This document shows, in pieces, positions 21,001 through 30,600 of a stretch of DNA of 64,000 nt; within the stretch, counting starts at the first letter, position 1, and each line of letters begins with the position of its first letter. Below the pieces are notes generated by a model. It did no database searches. It had not been told where the DNA came from and was given only the letters and a program-made list of their open reading frames with translations. The position numbers were made by a program, and so were the translations under genes. This DNA comes from a virus (lineage: Duplodnaviria; Caudoviricetes). Where the stretch lies: the IMG/VR virus record IMGVR_UViG_3300020050_009209. The stretch is one strand, 5' to 3'.

Positions 21001-22588
21001 TACGACAGTACCTGCAACCTACAACTCCACCTTCTCGTATGGCGGAGTCACGCAAGCAGGTGCAAGGCTCTTCACGGATCAACGAGGTCTAGGTCGCCAA
21101 GGAATTGAGCTGCCTCCTTTCTATGGCATCGCACGACTGTTTGGAGTCTACGAGTCCAGTGACTACAAGACGAACGGCTCTGCATTCAATCCTTCGACCC
21201 GAGAGCTAACTGGAAGTGGAGCGAAGAACCTGCTTCGTTCCAACTTTAGTGGTCCAACTTTCTGGGTAGAGATCGATGACGATGGCGACTCAACCTTCGT
21301 TGTAAATGCAAACGCTCTGGACCTTGATAAGTCTCCCGTGGCCATCCCAAGTTTTGCTTCGAAACACTACGTGGTGGAGGCCTCTGTGTTTGGTTTCGAT
21401 CGAGACTCGTTTGATCTCACGAAGCCCTTCCGACTTGTCCTATCGAGAGATCGAACCGCCGCAAACACTGGGGTGCGTGCAACGAATACGGATGCCATCG
21501 TAGTGGGTCCAGTCTGCGTGCTACCAGGACCTCTGACAACGTCAGATACGGTGCTTGTAAACTACAGCCGAACTCCTTACCAAGGCGATCCTTGGGGAAG
21601 TCAGTTGAACTACCTCGATGTGGGGTACAGTCCTGGTCCGCTTCAGACATCGACGGCCTACCAACTGGTCTCGTCTCAACTAGACGAGTCTGCCCTTACT
21701 CGACCGAACCAAACCTCGCTTGAGGTCCTGGCCTCGAAGGGGTTCATTACGTCCCTCGGGTCTGGACGCCTTAGTGGAGACGTGGTTGCAGGCAACGCTT
21801 ACGACTTCCGAAATGTCGGATTCGAAGAGCCTACGACTTACCCTCCTGTGAGTGGGGTTACGCCTCGCCCAAGAGTCAACATGGGAGCCATCCATCCCTT
21901 GGTCGCTAGTGATGTGAACCCAGAGTATCTAGGGGCATCCGAGCGTCTACCCATGGGCGCACTATGGCGAGACAAGGACTTCAGAGGGGACTCCTTCACG
22001 AAGACCAACCAAGCACCTCTTGTGTACACCTCATCCACTGGCGTTGGCGTGGGCGGCGCAAGCTTGGCAAGAACCAAGACACTAGACCAGGAGGAGATTG
22101 CGCTCGTGACGGCAACTCAATCCTCAGGTCAAACCGGAGACGTTCTAGTGCACGTTGACGGAGAGGTTGGCAACTACGCTGCGCTCACGAACTTCCGAAC
22201 CTACCGTGGTGGGTCGGCATTCATGGGTAGTGGAGAACGACCAGGAGGTGAGGTCTTCACCTCATTCGATGCCCTCACTGACTTCAGTCAGGTTCTGGTT
22301 GGCCAAGCCTTCCTTGTTCGCAACACGGTCACGACTGTAGGGGCGAACGAGGTCTCAGCTGGAGACGAGTTGCTCATGGCAATCGTCACGACTCGCATCC
22401 GCAACGCACAAGCCGTTGGAGTGTCTACCTCATCTACGTCCGTGGTAGGAACGAACGGTACAGCAGAGGGGTACTCTGCTGTAGCCCTCTACCGTATCGA
22501 CGGTCACCCTCTGCTCTCGGACAACGTGAAGTACGAGGTCGACCCAACTACGGTCCTTCTCCCCAAGAAGTTTAGCTTCGGAGGCTAG
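18032..22588 (+). CDS. Large tail/baseplate protein (1518 aa), paralog of 5004..7637
   Basis: WQQGKPPLDSELN N-terminus; ETTQRVQVQYRIRV, GDPGLWRAGDG and RPDG blocks shared with 5004..7637. Confidence 0.65.
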   Translation: MSSDNYGTGVSRVLDPKQASILGVIWQQGKPPLDSELNLAQQLQANWSQQLCLRGTPSGFLGNDANTSKDYLTNPSWSNWFQFGRQRPGEKQAIAWAVVNGWLIPVTGTRTGTPPGSPNNTDTWNKIALDPPPANSGDFRADFTFLEVWVARVPPGPSTLNKPSASAVYRYGNVEGGYSYLPDDIQDPQIGVETTQRVQVQYRIRVVKGLIGLATYPDGFDPTLVKGRGAAAADTSFTFTNMRQELGDPGLWRAGDGTANSLGTVDGYVYAIPLCAVFRRNSVVWSGDPSQNLNGGFNRNPVATDRTGVKTFSTVATLAAGITDVATSLTIVSAANIPLPTAPASPVLIQIGDELLTYTSISGTTLSGLTRGVNGTQKEAHLIGQTIKVVSSRPDGLFSDQIAATDILDLRHVVSPNGFDYSALLAGSLDKLLKGQLRSNWKRTGGGPQGTFITYQDKVSASAAGMGITKVDSPDGIRMIFSDAAAMQKVEVLCTPFTAAVAIPATQPIGTSWSLAINALTTRQRSGNQWDTELSAGDGLGDRIKILVAQFKNTVPGADADQVRLLNESPAASSAGQSAGGATFTDATSDLSKVQPGDTLVIYQGTNRGSFPVLSSVAQVVTVDGVLVAGSGITYEIRRGVGSIQVRIDGMEEPLPQHRFKVTPLNPTSSDDLTIEFIGVGVPFPIAKTVYVTSHVQYGAGRGLSHRPDSIHNLAMYNPAADILVPSIGVPSTNYTLGTTWALLWSKYRSAAYKNLLPVTAGSYADLGSKTVILTPFRRIAYPATPTGVRTQDGASTNRYTATVTTGTAGSSVGTTTFTDAGAGFGVSGVVANDSFEVTKGLAAGKYRVVTVSPTTLVLDRPIPTASNIAYSVYHTQGLMPFKKRDGLTAKWTTTDPLGLFSGSSDPDANRKNFFVSLPRHLVPGWGEVHAPILSTNGALFHRGVNYMLQAREGLNTNTTDADHCKQFINYTSNVPLSYASMSTGNFSGPTTVPATYNSTFSYGGVTQAGARLFTDQRGLGRQGIELPPFYGIARLFGVYESSDYKTNGSAFNPSTRELTGSGAKNLLRSNFSGPTFWVEIDDDGDSTFVVNANALDLDKSPVAIPSFASKHYVVEASVFGFDRDSFDLTKPFRLVLSRDRTAANTGVRATNTDAIVVGPVCVLPGPLTTSDTVLVNYSRTPYQGDPWGSQLNYLDVGYSPGPLQTSTAYQLVSSQLDESALTRPNQTSLEVLASKGFITSLGSGRLSGDVVAGNAYDFRNVGFEEPTTYPPVSGVTPRPRVNMGAIHPLVASDVNPEYLGASERLPMGALWRDKDFRGDSFTKTNQAPLVYTSSTGVGVGGASLARTKTLDQEEIALVTATQSSGQTGDVLVHVDGEVGNYAALTNFRTYRGGSAFMGSGERPGGEVFTSFDALTDFSQVLVGQAFLVRNTVTTVGANEVSAGDELLMAIVTTRIRNAQAVGVSTSSTSVVGTNGTAEGYSAVALYRIDGHPLLSDNVKYEVDPTTVLLPKKFSFGG

Positions 22589-22590
22589 TC

Positions 22591-22890
22591 ATGGCGCGTG
22601 GAACCATAACGGTATATGACGTCCCCCCCGAGGTTCGAGCCAAGGGGGCGGCACAGTCCCGGCAACAACTACACACCTTGCTCTCTAACCCACACCTTAC
22701 GGCAACTCAACGAGCTGAGTTGCTCGATCGGTTGGCCTGGGTAGCTAAGTGGGAAGAGGCAGATGTTGGTGAGATTCTACCTAGGCCTGTACCAACTGTT
22801 GTAGTGGCAGAGCAAGTTCCGGAGACTCAACGAGCTGCACAACACCATTCAGTTTTCATTGATGAGTCTCTGAGTGTAGAGGAAACCTAA
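22591..22890 (+). CDS. Hypothetical protein
   Basis: 99-aa ORF with GGAGG upstream; ends in IDESLSVEE, like the repeats of 1166..3475. Confidence 0.55.
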   Translation: MARGTITVYDVPPEVRAKGAAQSRQQLHTLLSNPHLTATQRAELLDRLAWVAKWEEADVGEILPRPVPTVVVAEQVPETQRAAQHHSVFIDESLSVEET

Positions 22891-22891
22891 C

Positions 22892-23356
22892 ATGGCCATG
22901 GACCTAGACACTGTGTTTCAAGCTTTCGTGAACGTGCAGACAATCATTATCTGCCTCGCAATATACCTCCTAACTTACGTGATCCGTAAGGTTGTCGAAG
23001 GTGCTTGGAAGGGTGCAAAGGATAATCGAATCTGGCGAGAGGTTTGGCTTCCTATCGGACCTATCGTAAACGGTGGGCTTGTTGGGATCATGGCCAAGAC
23101 TTTCGTTTGGCCTACCGTCATTGGTACCTCCCTCTCGGGTAGGATCATGTACGGCGCGATTTGCGGTGTATTCTCTGCTCTACTCTACAGCAGAATTAGG
23201 TCCTTCATCCAGAGCACCCCAGCTCAATCGAAGGGGCAGGGGGGTCTACTAAAGCCAGTAAACCCATCGGACCCACCCCCAGCGGATGATACCTCGGATC
23301 CCGCAGATGACCTAAGTCCAGAAATTCCTCCCCCACCTCCAGACGAGAATCCCTAA
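22892..23356 (+). CDS. Holin-like membrane protein
   Basis: About three hydrophobic segments, possible dual start (MAM), hydrophilic Pro/Asp-rich tail, located after the tail genes. Confidence 0.5.
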   Translation: MAMDLDTVFQAFVNVQTIIICLAIYLLTYVIRKVVEGAWKGAKDNRIWREVWLPIGPIVNGGLVGIMAKTFVWPTVIGTSLSGRIMYGAICGVFSALLYSRIRSFIQSTPAQSKGQGGLLKPVNPSDPPPADDTSDPADDLSPEIPPPPPDENP

Positions 23357-23744
23357 TGGCCCACAACTACGAACGAACCGCAGCCCCTCATGTTCCCCCC
23401 TCAATGTGGAGCTTACTAGAGCAGTGGGTGTACGCTTTTGTTCTTCAAGTTCCTAACCAAATCCCATCTAACCTAAAGGTAGATGGGGTTAGGGTTAACC
23501 CTGTACAGAGAGGTTACTCTCAGGTTGAGGCCAAGGGGTACAGTAAGGGGGACTTGGAGGCAACAGCTACTGTAGCAGTGTCCTTAGACCCGGCTAAGAC
23601 CCGGCTAAGGTAGAGGCTCTTGTGGTCCTATGGTACAAAGACGTATCGATGTCCCATGAGACCTCTGTAGATCTGAGGGTGTCTGCAAAAGATGACCCTA
23701 GTCAGACCTTAAGTCTAATCAAGAGATTTTTTCAGGATAAGTGA
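23356..23744 (+). pseudogene. Gene frameshifted by an 11-bp tandem duplication (85 aa as read, 125 aa if restored)
   Basis: AGACCCGGCTA x2 at 23586-23607. Removing one copy gives an open frame to TGA 23742-23744, 7 nt before the next ATG. Confidence 0.7.
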
Positions 23745-23751
23745 GTCTCCC

Positions 23752-24291
23752 ATGGCTGACGAAGTCTCGTTTGGTGCCCGTCTTTGGGCCTCAGTAAAGT
23801 CTGGTCTTAGCTGGCTAGGTGTAAAAGTTCTGGGGCCCATTCTGGTTGTACTTCTCGTTATCGTGGCTGTGATTCTCGTGGCCATGGGGTTCAAAGAGCT
23901 TCAAATTGGTGGGCTCATTGGACGACTGTTAGGTAGGAACTCCCCTCAAAAGGGGTCCGTGGATGTGACCAACACTATCGACCCCAATAGGGTTGGTCCT
24001 GATGGTAAGCTGATTCAGCCGAACACTCCTGACACGAAGGGTCAGACACAAGCTATCGTGGTCCCGATAAAGGAACCTGGGTTGCTGTCAGACCCAAACA
24101 AGGTGGTCTTTACTCCTCCTGGAGCTGACAAGCCGATTGAGGTTGTACTTCCGGATGGGGTCACGAACAAAGACGTACACCAGGTAGTTGTTGTCAGTCC
24201 TGAAGTGATTGCTGTAACCGTGAAGGACTCCTCCGGAGTAACAGCTCAGAGTGTAGATGACCTGCTCAAGAAGTATGAGGTAACGAAGTGA
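23752..24291 (+). CDS. Membrane-anchored protein, possibly a lysis/spanin-like component
   Basis: N-terminal TM helix (ILVVLLVIVAVILVAM) followed by a soluble domain; near the holin-like gene. Confidence 0.5.
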   Translation: MADEVSFGARLWASVKSGLSWLGVKVLGPILVVLLVIVAVILVAMGFKELQIGGLIGRLLGRNSPQKGSVDVTNTIDPNRVGPDGKLIQPNTPDTKGQTQAIVVPIKEPGLLSDPNKVVFTPPGADKPIEVVLPDGVTNKDVHQVVVVSPEVIAVTVKDSSGVTAQSVDDLLKKYEVTK

Positions 24292-24497
24292 CTCCCATTC
24301 CCTCAGAGCAAGATAGAGAGTACCTTCGTAGCCTTGCTGCCCTCGCTGCATATGACCAGGGATTAAACCCTGGAGTAGCTTCTGAGCAAGAGCTATGCCT
24401 TGATGCCATGGACCGTGCCCTAGATGACGTAGATGCCGCTATGCGTGCTGCGTTGGAAGATGACGATGACAACTGGCAGTATGGGGACAACGAGTAG
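24288..24497 (+). CDS. Small acidic hypothetical protein
   Basis: 69-aa ORF with GTGA overlap with the upstream gene. Confidence 0.5.
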   Translation: MTPIPSEQDREYLRSLAALAAYDQGLNPGVASEQELCLDAMDRALDDVDAAMRAALEDDDDNWQYGDNE

Positions 24498-24503
24498 GCT
24501 TGC

Positions 24504-24647
24504 ATGTCAAACCCTCTCCTGGTATTTGAGTTGGTCCGTAAGGGGGTCCTAACCTCCGATCAAGCTGCTGCCCTGGTAATGAAGCATAGAAGACAGCGGA
24601 TGATCTGGATCGCTAAGTTGCTAGCTTGGTTGAGGATCTGTTTTTGA
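24504..24647 (+). CDS. Small hypothetical protein (47 aa, not in ORF track)
   Basis: ATG 24504 to TGA 24647, MSNPLLVFELVRKG...AWLRICF; fills the intergenic gap exactly. Confidence 0.45.
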   Translation: MSNPLLVFELVRKGVLTSDQAAALVMKHRRQRMIWIAKLLAWLRICF

Positions 24648-24659
24648 GCTTACTCCGGT

Positions 24660-25742
24660 ATGCGAGTAAAGCTTAGTGTTCTGGACAGATTCATTGCTGC
24701 AAGAGTAGAGAGGCACTGGCGACTATTCCTGGCTATGTCAGTAGCCGATGCAGCTAAAATTCTTGAGGTGTCTGAGGATGCCTCCCCAGAAGACCTCAAG
24801 AAAGCTTACAAGCGTAAGGTAATCGAGAACCACCCTGATCGTGGCGGAAGCAACGAGAAGATGGTTGAAGTCAACGTAGCTATGGAGGTCCTAGAGGGGA
24901 AGCGTAGACCCTCCTCTCAACCTTCCAACACTTCTGAACCTGCTTGGCAGCAACAGTCTGAACGACCTAAACCCAAGCCAGTAAGGACTTCCTTTGCAGA
25001 CGCGAAGAGTGAAGCTGGGATTCCTTCTGGGGTGGAGTGGAAGCTTAGAGCTAATACAGCCTTTGGTGGGTATGGAGATAAGAGCATTGCGGCTGTCGTA
25101 GTTTACGGTCAAACTGCATCCCAGCATATTTTCGTAGGTGTGCATCACTACACCTCGCAGAATGCCTTTACAGGGGAAGACGTTGATGTTTGGACGATGT
25201 TCAGTAGGGAGTACCGGCTAGAGAACACGGTAAGTCTAGATAAGCTAGCACCAAAGGCGTTCAAGGATCTGTACAGCTCTTTTGAGGGCCTAAATAAGGG
25301 CTTCAACGGCAAAGTGTCCTTCCTATCTGATGGCTTCGTTCTCAACGAGGGTGTCATGTTCAAGCATGGCCAAGAGATGGCATTGAAGGATGCTCTCGTA
25401 GAGCTTGGAGTTACTGAGCAGGATGCCGACCGAAAGTTGTCCGTAGTCATGCGTCTTAGCTCCTCTGGAACCTCCTTTCCAAAGAAAGAGGTTATTACGT
25501 TGATCATCAACGGCAGAGAGTACGCCCTAAAGGACGAGTCCATCGAGTTTATCCAGCGGAAAACAAAGGTGGTATCCTCAGTCTTTGGGAACTACTACTA
25601 CTACTCGGATGAGAAGAAGGACCTAACTAGGTCAAAGAATGGTGCTTCTGTCCTCAAGTACCTCTCGGAAAAGCTTGTTTTAGAGCCTCAAGAACTACGT
25701 GATCTACTACTCAAAGCCTCCATTCAAGTGAGTAAGAAGTGA
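24660..25742 (+). CDS. J-domain (DnaJ-like) protein, paralog of 54452..55693
   Basis: AAKILEV...LKKAYKRKVIENHPDRGGSNEKMVEVNVAMEVL with intact HPD motif. Confidence 0.85.
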   Translation: MRVKLSVLDRFIAARVERHWRLFLAMSVADAAKILEVSEDASPEDLKKAYKRKVIENHPDRGGSNEKMVEVNVAMEVLEGKRRPSSQPSNTSEPAWQQQSERPKPKPVRTSFADAKSEAGIPSGVEWKLRANTAFGGYGDKSIAAVVVYGQTASQHIFVGVHHYTSQNAFTGEDVDVWTMFSREYRLENTVSLDKLAPKAFKDLYSSFEGLNKGFNGKVSFLSDGFVLNEGVMFKHGQEMALKDALVELGVTEQDADRKLSVVMRLSSSGTSFPKKEVITLIINGREYALKDESIEFIQRKTKVVSSVFGNYYYYSDEKKDLTRSKNGASVLKYLSEKLVLEPQELRDLLLKASIQVSKK

Positions 25743-26122
25743 GACTAGCCGCTAACTTACTACCACCTCTCAAGGAAATGACCACGGTGCCCTTGTTTAA
25801 GGAGCCCCTTGGTAATCTAGACGCTATGGATATCAGCGTTCGAGCCGTTGCTTGGGCATTGACATGTAGAGCGCGCAAGCTAGATACCTCTACTGTTCAT
25901 GCCCAATACTACGCTAGAAAAACTGAGGTTCGTAGTCTTTTGACGGCGGGTTGGTACCCAGTAGCTATTTTCCAGTCTGATACCTCTGGGTTGATTTGGG
26001 AGGGAGTGATTATGGGGTACGACCTAACGCATTTTGAGTTGGCTATCCAACCTAAGGGTACTTTTATCCAAGTAATGGATTCACTGCCGGAACTCTTAGC
26101 TCTAATCGTCGAGGCGCCATGA
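25739..26122 (+). CDS. Hypothetical protein
   Basis: 127-aa ORF with 4-nt overlaps on both sides. Confidence 0.55.
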   Translation: MRLAANLLPPLKEMTTVPLFKEPLGNLDAMDISVRAVAWALTCRARKLDTSTVHAQYYARKTEVRSLLTAGWYPVAIFQSDTSGLIWEGVIMGYDLTHFELAIQPKGTFIQVMDSLPELLALIVEAP

Positions 26123-26682
26123 CCCTACCAGAATCCCCTCCAGCGATTGTAGAGCCATGTTCAGGGACTTGTGTTCAAGCCGAGGACATGAAGGTGTTAG
26201 TTCAAGTCCTAAAGGACAAGCAGTGCCTTCAGAAGACTCCTCCTACGTTCCAACTAGACCCCATTACAATCGTAACAGACGTAGAGGGGAGGGTCTATTT
26301 TTCTGGGGACCAGCCTAACCCATACACCCTAAAGGTCCAGTGGTGTAATTACACTGTAACTGGAACAGGGAAGTTGTCCGTTGTCGTGGCCAAGAAAGAG
26401 CCTCCTGTTTGGGGGTTTAGGTTTCGACCCAAGTTCGCAGGTAGCTTCCTATTCCTAGATGCCTTTGAGCGACCTACCGCAGCGGATGCCATCGACGTTG
26501 GGTTTCTTTGGGACTTCCTGTACTACAAGCAATTCAACCTCAACGTAGCCACGGGGTTCAGGTCTGTTGGGGCTGGGCTTGGGGTTGACTTGACGCGAAA
26601 TTTTGGGTTGGTTCTTGGTTACGCATTCTCTTGGTGGACCTTACGAAGCAACCCGCAGGCTGGCGTCTTTTTTTCGTTCTAA
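26119..26682 (+). CDS. Protein with C-terminal amphipathic beta-strands (outer-membrane-barrel-like)
   Basis: Alternating aromatic/Gly strands ending in AGVFFSF; no signal peptide visible. Confidence 0.45.
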   Translation: MTLPESPPAIVEPCSGTCVQAEDMKVLVQVLKDKQCLQKTPPTFQLDPITIVTDVEGRVYFSGDQPNPYTLKVQWCNYTVTGTGKLSVVVAKKEPPVWGFRFRPKFAGSFLFLDAFERPTAADAIDVGFLWDFLYYKQFNLNVATGFRSVGAGLGVDLTRNFGLVLGYAFSWWTLRSNPQAGVFFSF

Positions 26683-26689
26683 GGCTATT

Positions 26690-27574
26690 ATGCAAACTAG
26701 AGTTGTAGCTAGGTACCTATGTGCAAAGGCAGTCAGCCTCCTTCCAGAGTTCAAGCTAGCGCTTGTTGCATGGGAACAGGGGGATGAGCAGCCAATAATG
26801 GAGTTCATCCAAAGGGTACTTGACATCATCTTTCCAGAGGGGGGAACGACTCCGCCATCATGGTTCTATGCCCTTGGAACGGCAAAGCGTACGACTATCA
26901 ATTGGATCCAAAAAGAGGGGCAGCGTTGGTTACGATCCCTACCTGGCTACACGGCAGACCTTTGGAACCCAGAGGCTCCTAGTTCAAGGTTCTACAATTT
27001 TCCAGACCCTAAGCTGCAAGCGCAGAGGATGCAGGAACACACGGTCAAGGAACTAGAGGAGTGGGGTAAAAAGCTACGTACGCTGGAGATTGCCAGTCAA
27101 GGGGGTAATGAGGACCTTGAGATTAAACGAGGTGGATTCACTGTCATTCCAATGCCAGGACTGAAGAAGGTTGAAATTGAAGGTGCACTTGAAGCGTTGG
27201 ACGCAGCCGTCGCTAAGATTCGGCTAAAGTTCCCACAGGTTATCTACGGTAAGGTGTACCTATCTACTCACCTCGCAGCCAAAACAGCAGCTCATTACGC
27301 ACATTGGGACGATACAATCTACATAAGTGTGAGAGCCCGCAAGCGGTTTGATGATGTTTACACGCTTACCCACGAGTTTGGGCATAGGCTTGACAGAAAG
27401 TTTGTGTCGAGTGACATCCGCAAGGAGTTTCGTAGGCTGTCTGCACAAAAAGAGCTAGCGGTTACCCCGTATGGAGCCACTGACCCAGCGGAGAACTTTG
27501 CTGAGGCGTTTGCCCACCTTGTTCTTGGGATGCCTCTTGCGCCAGAGCTGCAAGCAGTTCTATCAGCGATTTAG
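26690..27574 (+). CDS. Zincin-like metallopeptidase, paralog 1
   Basis: HEFGH...TPYGATDPAENFAEAF. Start moved to ATG 26690 (MQTRVVARY), downstream of the preceding stop. Confidence 0.75.
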   Translation: MQTRVVARYLCAKAVSLLPEFKLALVAWEQGDEQPIMEFIQRVLDIIFPEGGTTPPSWFYALGTAKRTTINWIQKEGQRWLRSLPGYTADLWNPEAPSSRFYNFPDPKLQAQRMQEHTVKELEEWGKKLRTLEIASQGGNEDLEIKRGGFTVIPMPGLKKVEIEGALEALDAAVAKIRLKFPQVIYGKVYLSTHLAAKTAAHYAHWDDTIYISVRARKRFDDVYTLTHEFGHRLDRKFVSSDIRKEFRRLSAQKELAVTPYGATDPAENFAEAFAHLVLGMPLAPELQAVLSAI

Positions 27575-27632
27575 GTACTTTCCGAGTAAAATCAAGGGGT
27601 GTGAACTTTTTGGAGACCCCCCCTACTCCGTT

Positions 27633-27638
27633 GGTGTA
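27633..27638 (+). promoter_or_regulatory. GGTGTA upstream motif (also at 33301, 43496, 50694, 51427)
   Basis: Same hexamer 9-11 nt before five start codons of non-structural genes. Confidence 0.45.
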
Positions 27639-27649
27639 CCCTTTACCCC

Positions 27650-30600
27650 ATGGCAAAGTTGTCCGACGAAGACCAAACGGCTATTATCTATGACCGAGTG
27701 AAGCAGGTTCGGGCATCAAAAACTCTTGAGCTGAAACCATCCCCTAGGTTACGGCAAGAGATTACAGGGTTGGATGGGCAACCTCAACCCTTCCGAATGA
27801 GATACTACCAATCTCAGGGTATTTTCCACCTCCTGACCGTCAACCGCATGGTTCTTGGTGACGGAACGGGACTAGGTAAGTGTGAACCGGCGGACACACT
27901 GATCATAAGCTCAGAGGGCCAGATACCTATTCGCTCTTTGGCACCCAAAGAATTTGAATCTAACTCAACGGAAGGATTTTACCCCTTGGACCGTCCTTTG
28001 GCAGTTTGGACGGGCCGAAGAATGGCGACCGTTCCTAGGTTCTACTGGGGTGGTAAAAAGCCAACGGTCAAGGTTACAACCAGAAATAACTACAGAATTG
28101 AAGGGACTCTTGTCCACCCACTCTTAGTTCGGAGTGAGAAGGGTCACGTCTGGGAAGAGGCTGGGTCCCTTCAGGTCGGTGATCACTTATGCGTAGAGAG
28201 GAAAGAAGCTCCTTTCCCTGAGGTTGAGCCAGAAGTAAACTTTGTACCCAAGCTCCCACACGGGTGTACCAAAATTTATAGGTACCAGCGTTTTCTATCT
28301 GAAGACCTTGCCAGTCTGATTGGTTACGTAGTGGGTGAAGGTAATAGAGCCCCTTACGGGATTTGCGTAACTCAATGCAGCACCCTAAACCCAGAGACCC
28401 ACCAAGAGATTAGAGACCTTTTTTTCAAGGTATTTGGGTGGTCTGGGAATGAGAATTGTGGTCAACGTGACATCCGAATCCATGTGTCAAGCGTCGGGAT
28501 TAAAGAGTACTTAGCTGCTTGTGGGGTAGGGGAGGAACTTTCACGGACCAAATTCGTTCCAGATCTCATCCTTCGAGGAACACGTTCCTCCGTTCGAGGG
28601 TTCCTTTCGGCTATGTTTGAGGGTGAGGGCTCTGTTGAGGTTGAGGGTGGGGTTGAGTTTTCTTCTTCCTCCGAGCAGCTCATCCGAACCATTCAAGTAT
28701 TGCTGCTACGTTTCGGAGTTGTTTCAACGCTTTCCCCCAAGGTAATCCCAAATAATCCGCACACTTACTGGAGGCTTTGCTTCTTTGGGGACGATGCTCG
28801 CACCTTCCAAGCAAGTATTGGGTTTAGGTCCGCCAGAAAAAAGGACCTTTTGCGGGACGCAATCAAAAAAACATCTAACCCTAACAAGGATGTGGTGCCC
28901 TTCTCCGGCCCTATGGTCCAAAGCCTCAAGACCCTTATTCTTAAGGCAACCTCACAAAACTTGGTAAGTAGGAACCAATATGGCTGGGGTATTAAGCAGT
29001 TTGGGGAGAGTTTTCAAAGCACACTCAAGCATGTCATCAACAAGAAGCGTAACCCAACTTACCAATGGCTTGGTAAGTTACTTGATATCTCTCGTGGTCT
29101 TGGACTCTCGACTACCGAAGAGTACCTTGAAGTCCTTGGGGTTTACGAGCGTCGATTCTTCTATGACCCCATAGTGAAAGTTGAGTACGGCGAAGCAGAT
29201 GTAATGGATATCGAGGTTGAGGATCCTGACCACTGTTATGTTGCCAACGGACTCGTGAGTCACAATACGATTCAGGTTTTAGGCGCATTTTGCTACACTT
29301 GGGACCGAGATCCTCAGATGAAGGTGATTGTAGTCTGCCCTAAGTCAGCCATTCGCCAATGGGGGGCTGAGGTGGAGAAGTTCACCGTGGGAGTCAAGAC
29401 CTTTGTGGCCACTGGGACGGTGGCTCAACGTAAGGCTACCTATGCCGCATGGGAAGCGGAAACCGAGTCTAGGGCCATCCTCGTCATGAACTACCACACG
29501 TTGGTGAGAGACTGGGACCAGGACATTCAGAAGGTGGCTCCTCCTCCTGGGTCGAAGCATGGGACTCAACCTACCCTTGGGTTGGGGTTACTCGATGGTA
29601 TGACCAGCCGAATACCTAAGATTATCGTATGCTTCGACGAGTGCGTAGCCTTCAAGAACCCCTCTACAAAGACCCACAAGGTCTGTAAGGCACTGTCTGT
29701 CAAATCGAGCAAGGTCTGGGGACTGACGGCTACCCTCCTGAAGAACAACTTGATGGAGGGATTTGGCATCTACCAAGTGATTCGACCTGGGACGTTCAAG
29801 TCAAAGACTGCGTTTCTTGAGGCCTACTGCGTCACGGAAATGCAGCGAGTAAAGGGAGGGATCAAGGTCCCTATTGTTGTAGGATATCATAACCTTGTAC
29901 ACTTCCGGGATACCATTGACCCATTCTTCTACGGTCGACCGAAACATGTCGTAAGTGACGAGCTACCTACTCTTACTACACGGGAGATTTTGTGTGAGCT
30001 GTCCCCTCAGGAGGACGCCAAATACCAGGAAGCGCTGGCCGGACTGCTGGAGCTTGGAGATGGGGATCAGAAAGACTATCGGGAGACCAGAGAACTCACA
30101 AGTCTTATCTACACGCAGGAAGTCGTAAACTCTCTTGCCCTTCTCAAGTTTGAGGAGGGGGACACCCAATTCGAGGGTAAAAGTGCCAAGGAGCAAGCGC
30201 TCCTTGACCTACTTACAGAGGAGTTTGATGGGGAGAAGGTCATCGTCTACACTAGGTTTGAAAAGCTCGTTGGAAGGCTCCAGAAGCTGCTAACCGCTGA
30301 GAAGATCAAAAGTGTAAGGATCACCGGTAAGGAAAAGGATACCGACCGTAAGAAGGCCCAAGACAAGTTCCAGGACCTTACGAGTGATGTGTCCGTCGTG
30401 TTCATCACGGATGCAGGGTCTGAGGCCATCAACCTCCAGGCTGCTTGCGGTATGGTGTTTTTCGACTCCCCTTGGTCGTGGGGTCAGTATGTCCAGTTGC
30501 TTGGACGTATGATTCGTATCGGGTCTATTCACCAAAGCGTCCTAGCTATTCATCTAGTCGCTGAGCGACACGGTAAGACGTCCAAAAAAGAGACGATTGA

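Noticed and set aside
4152-24648. TTTTTGAG 11 nt before starts at 4171 and 24660 as a promoter
   Set aside because: Both are explained by a Phe codon plus the TGA stop of the upstream gene; too weak to count.
22892-26682. Complete lysis cassette
   Set aside because: No endolysin motif was recognised and no lipobox-bearing o-spanin was seen, so lysis roles remain tentative.
26603-26689. Longer start for zincin 1
   Set aside because: It overlaps the preceding gene by 80 nt; ATG 26690 follows that gene's stop and places the tag at the N-terminus.
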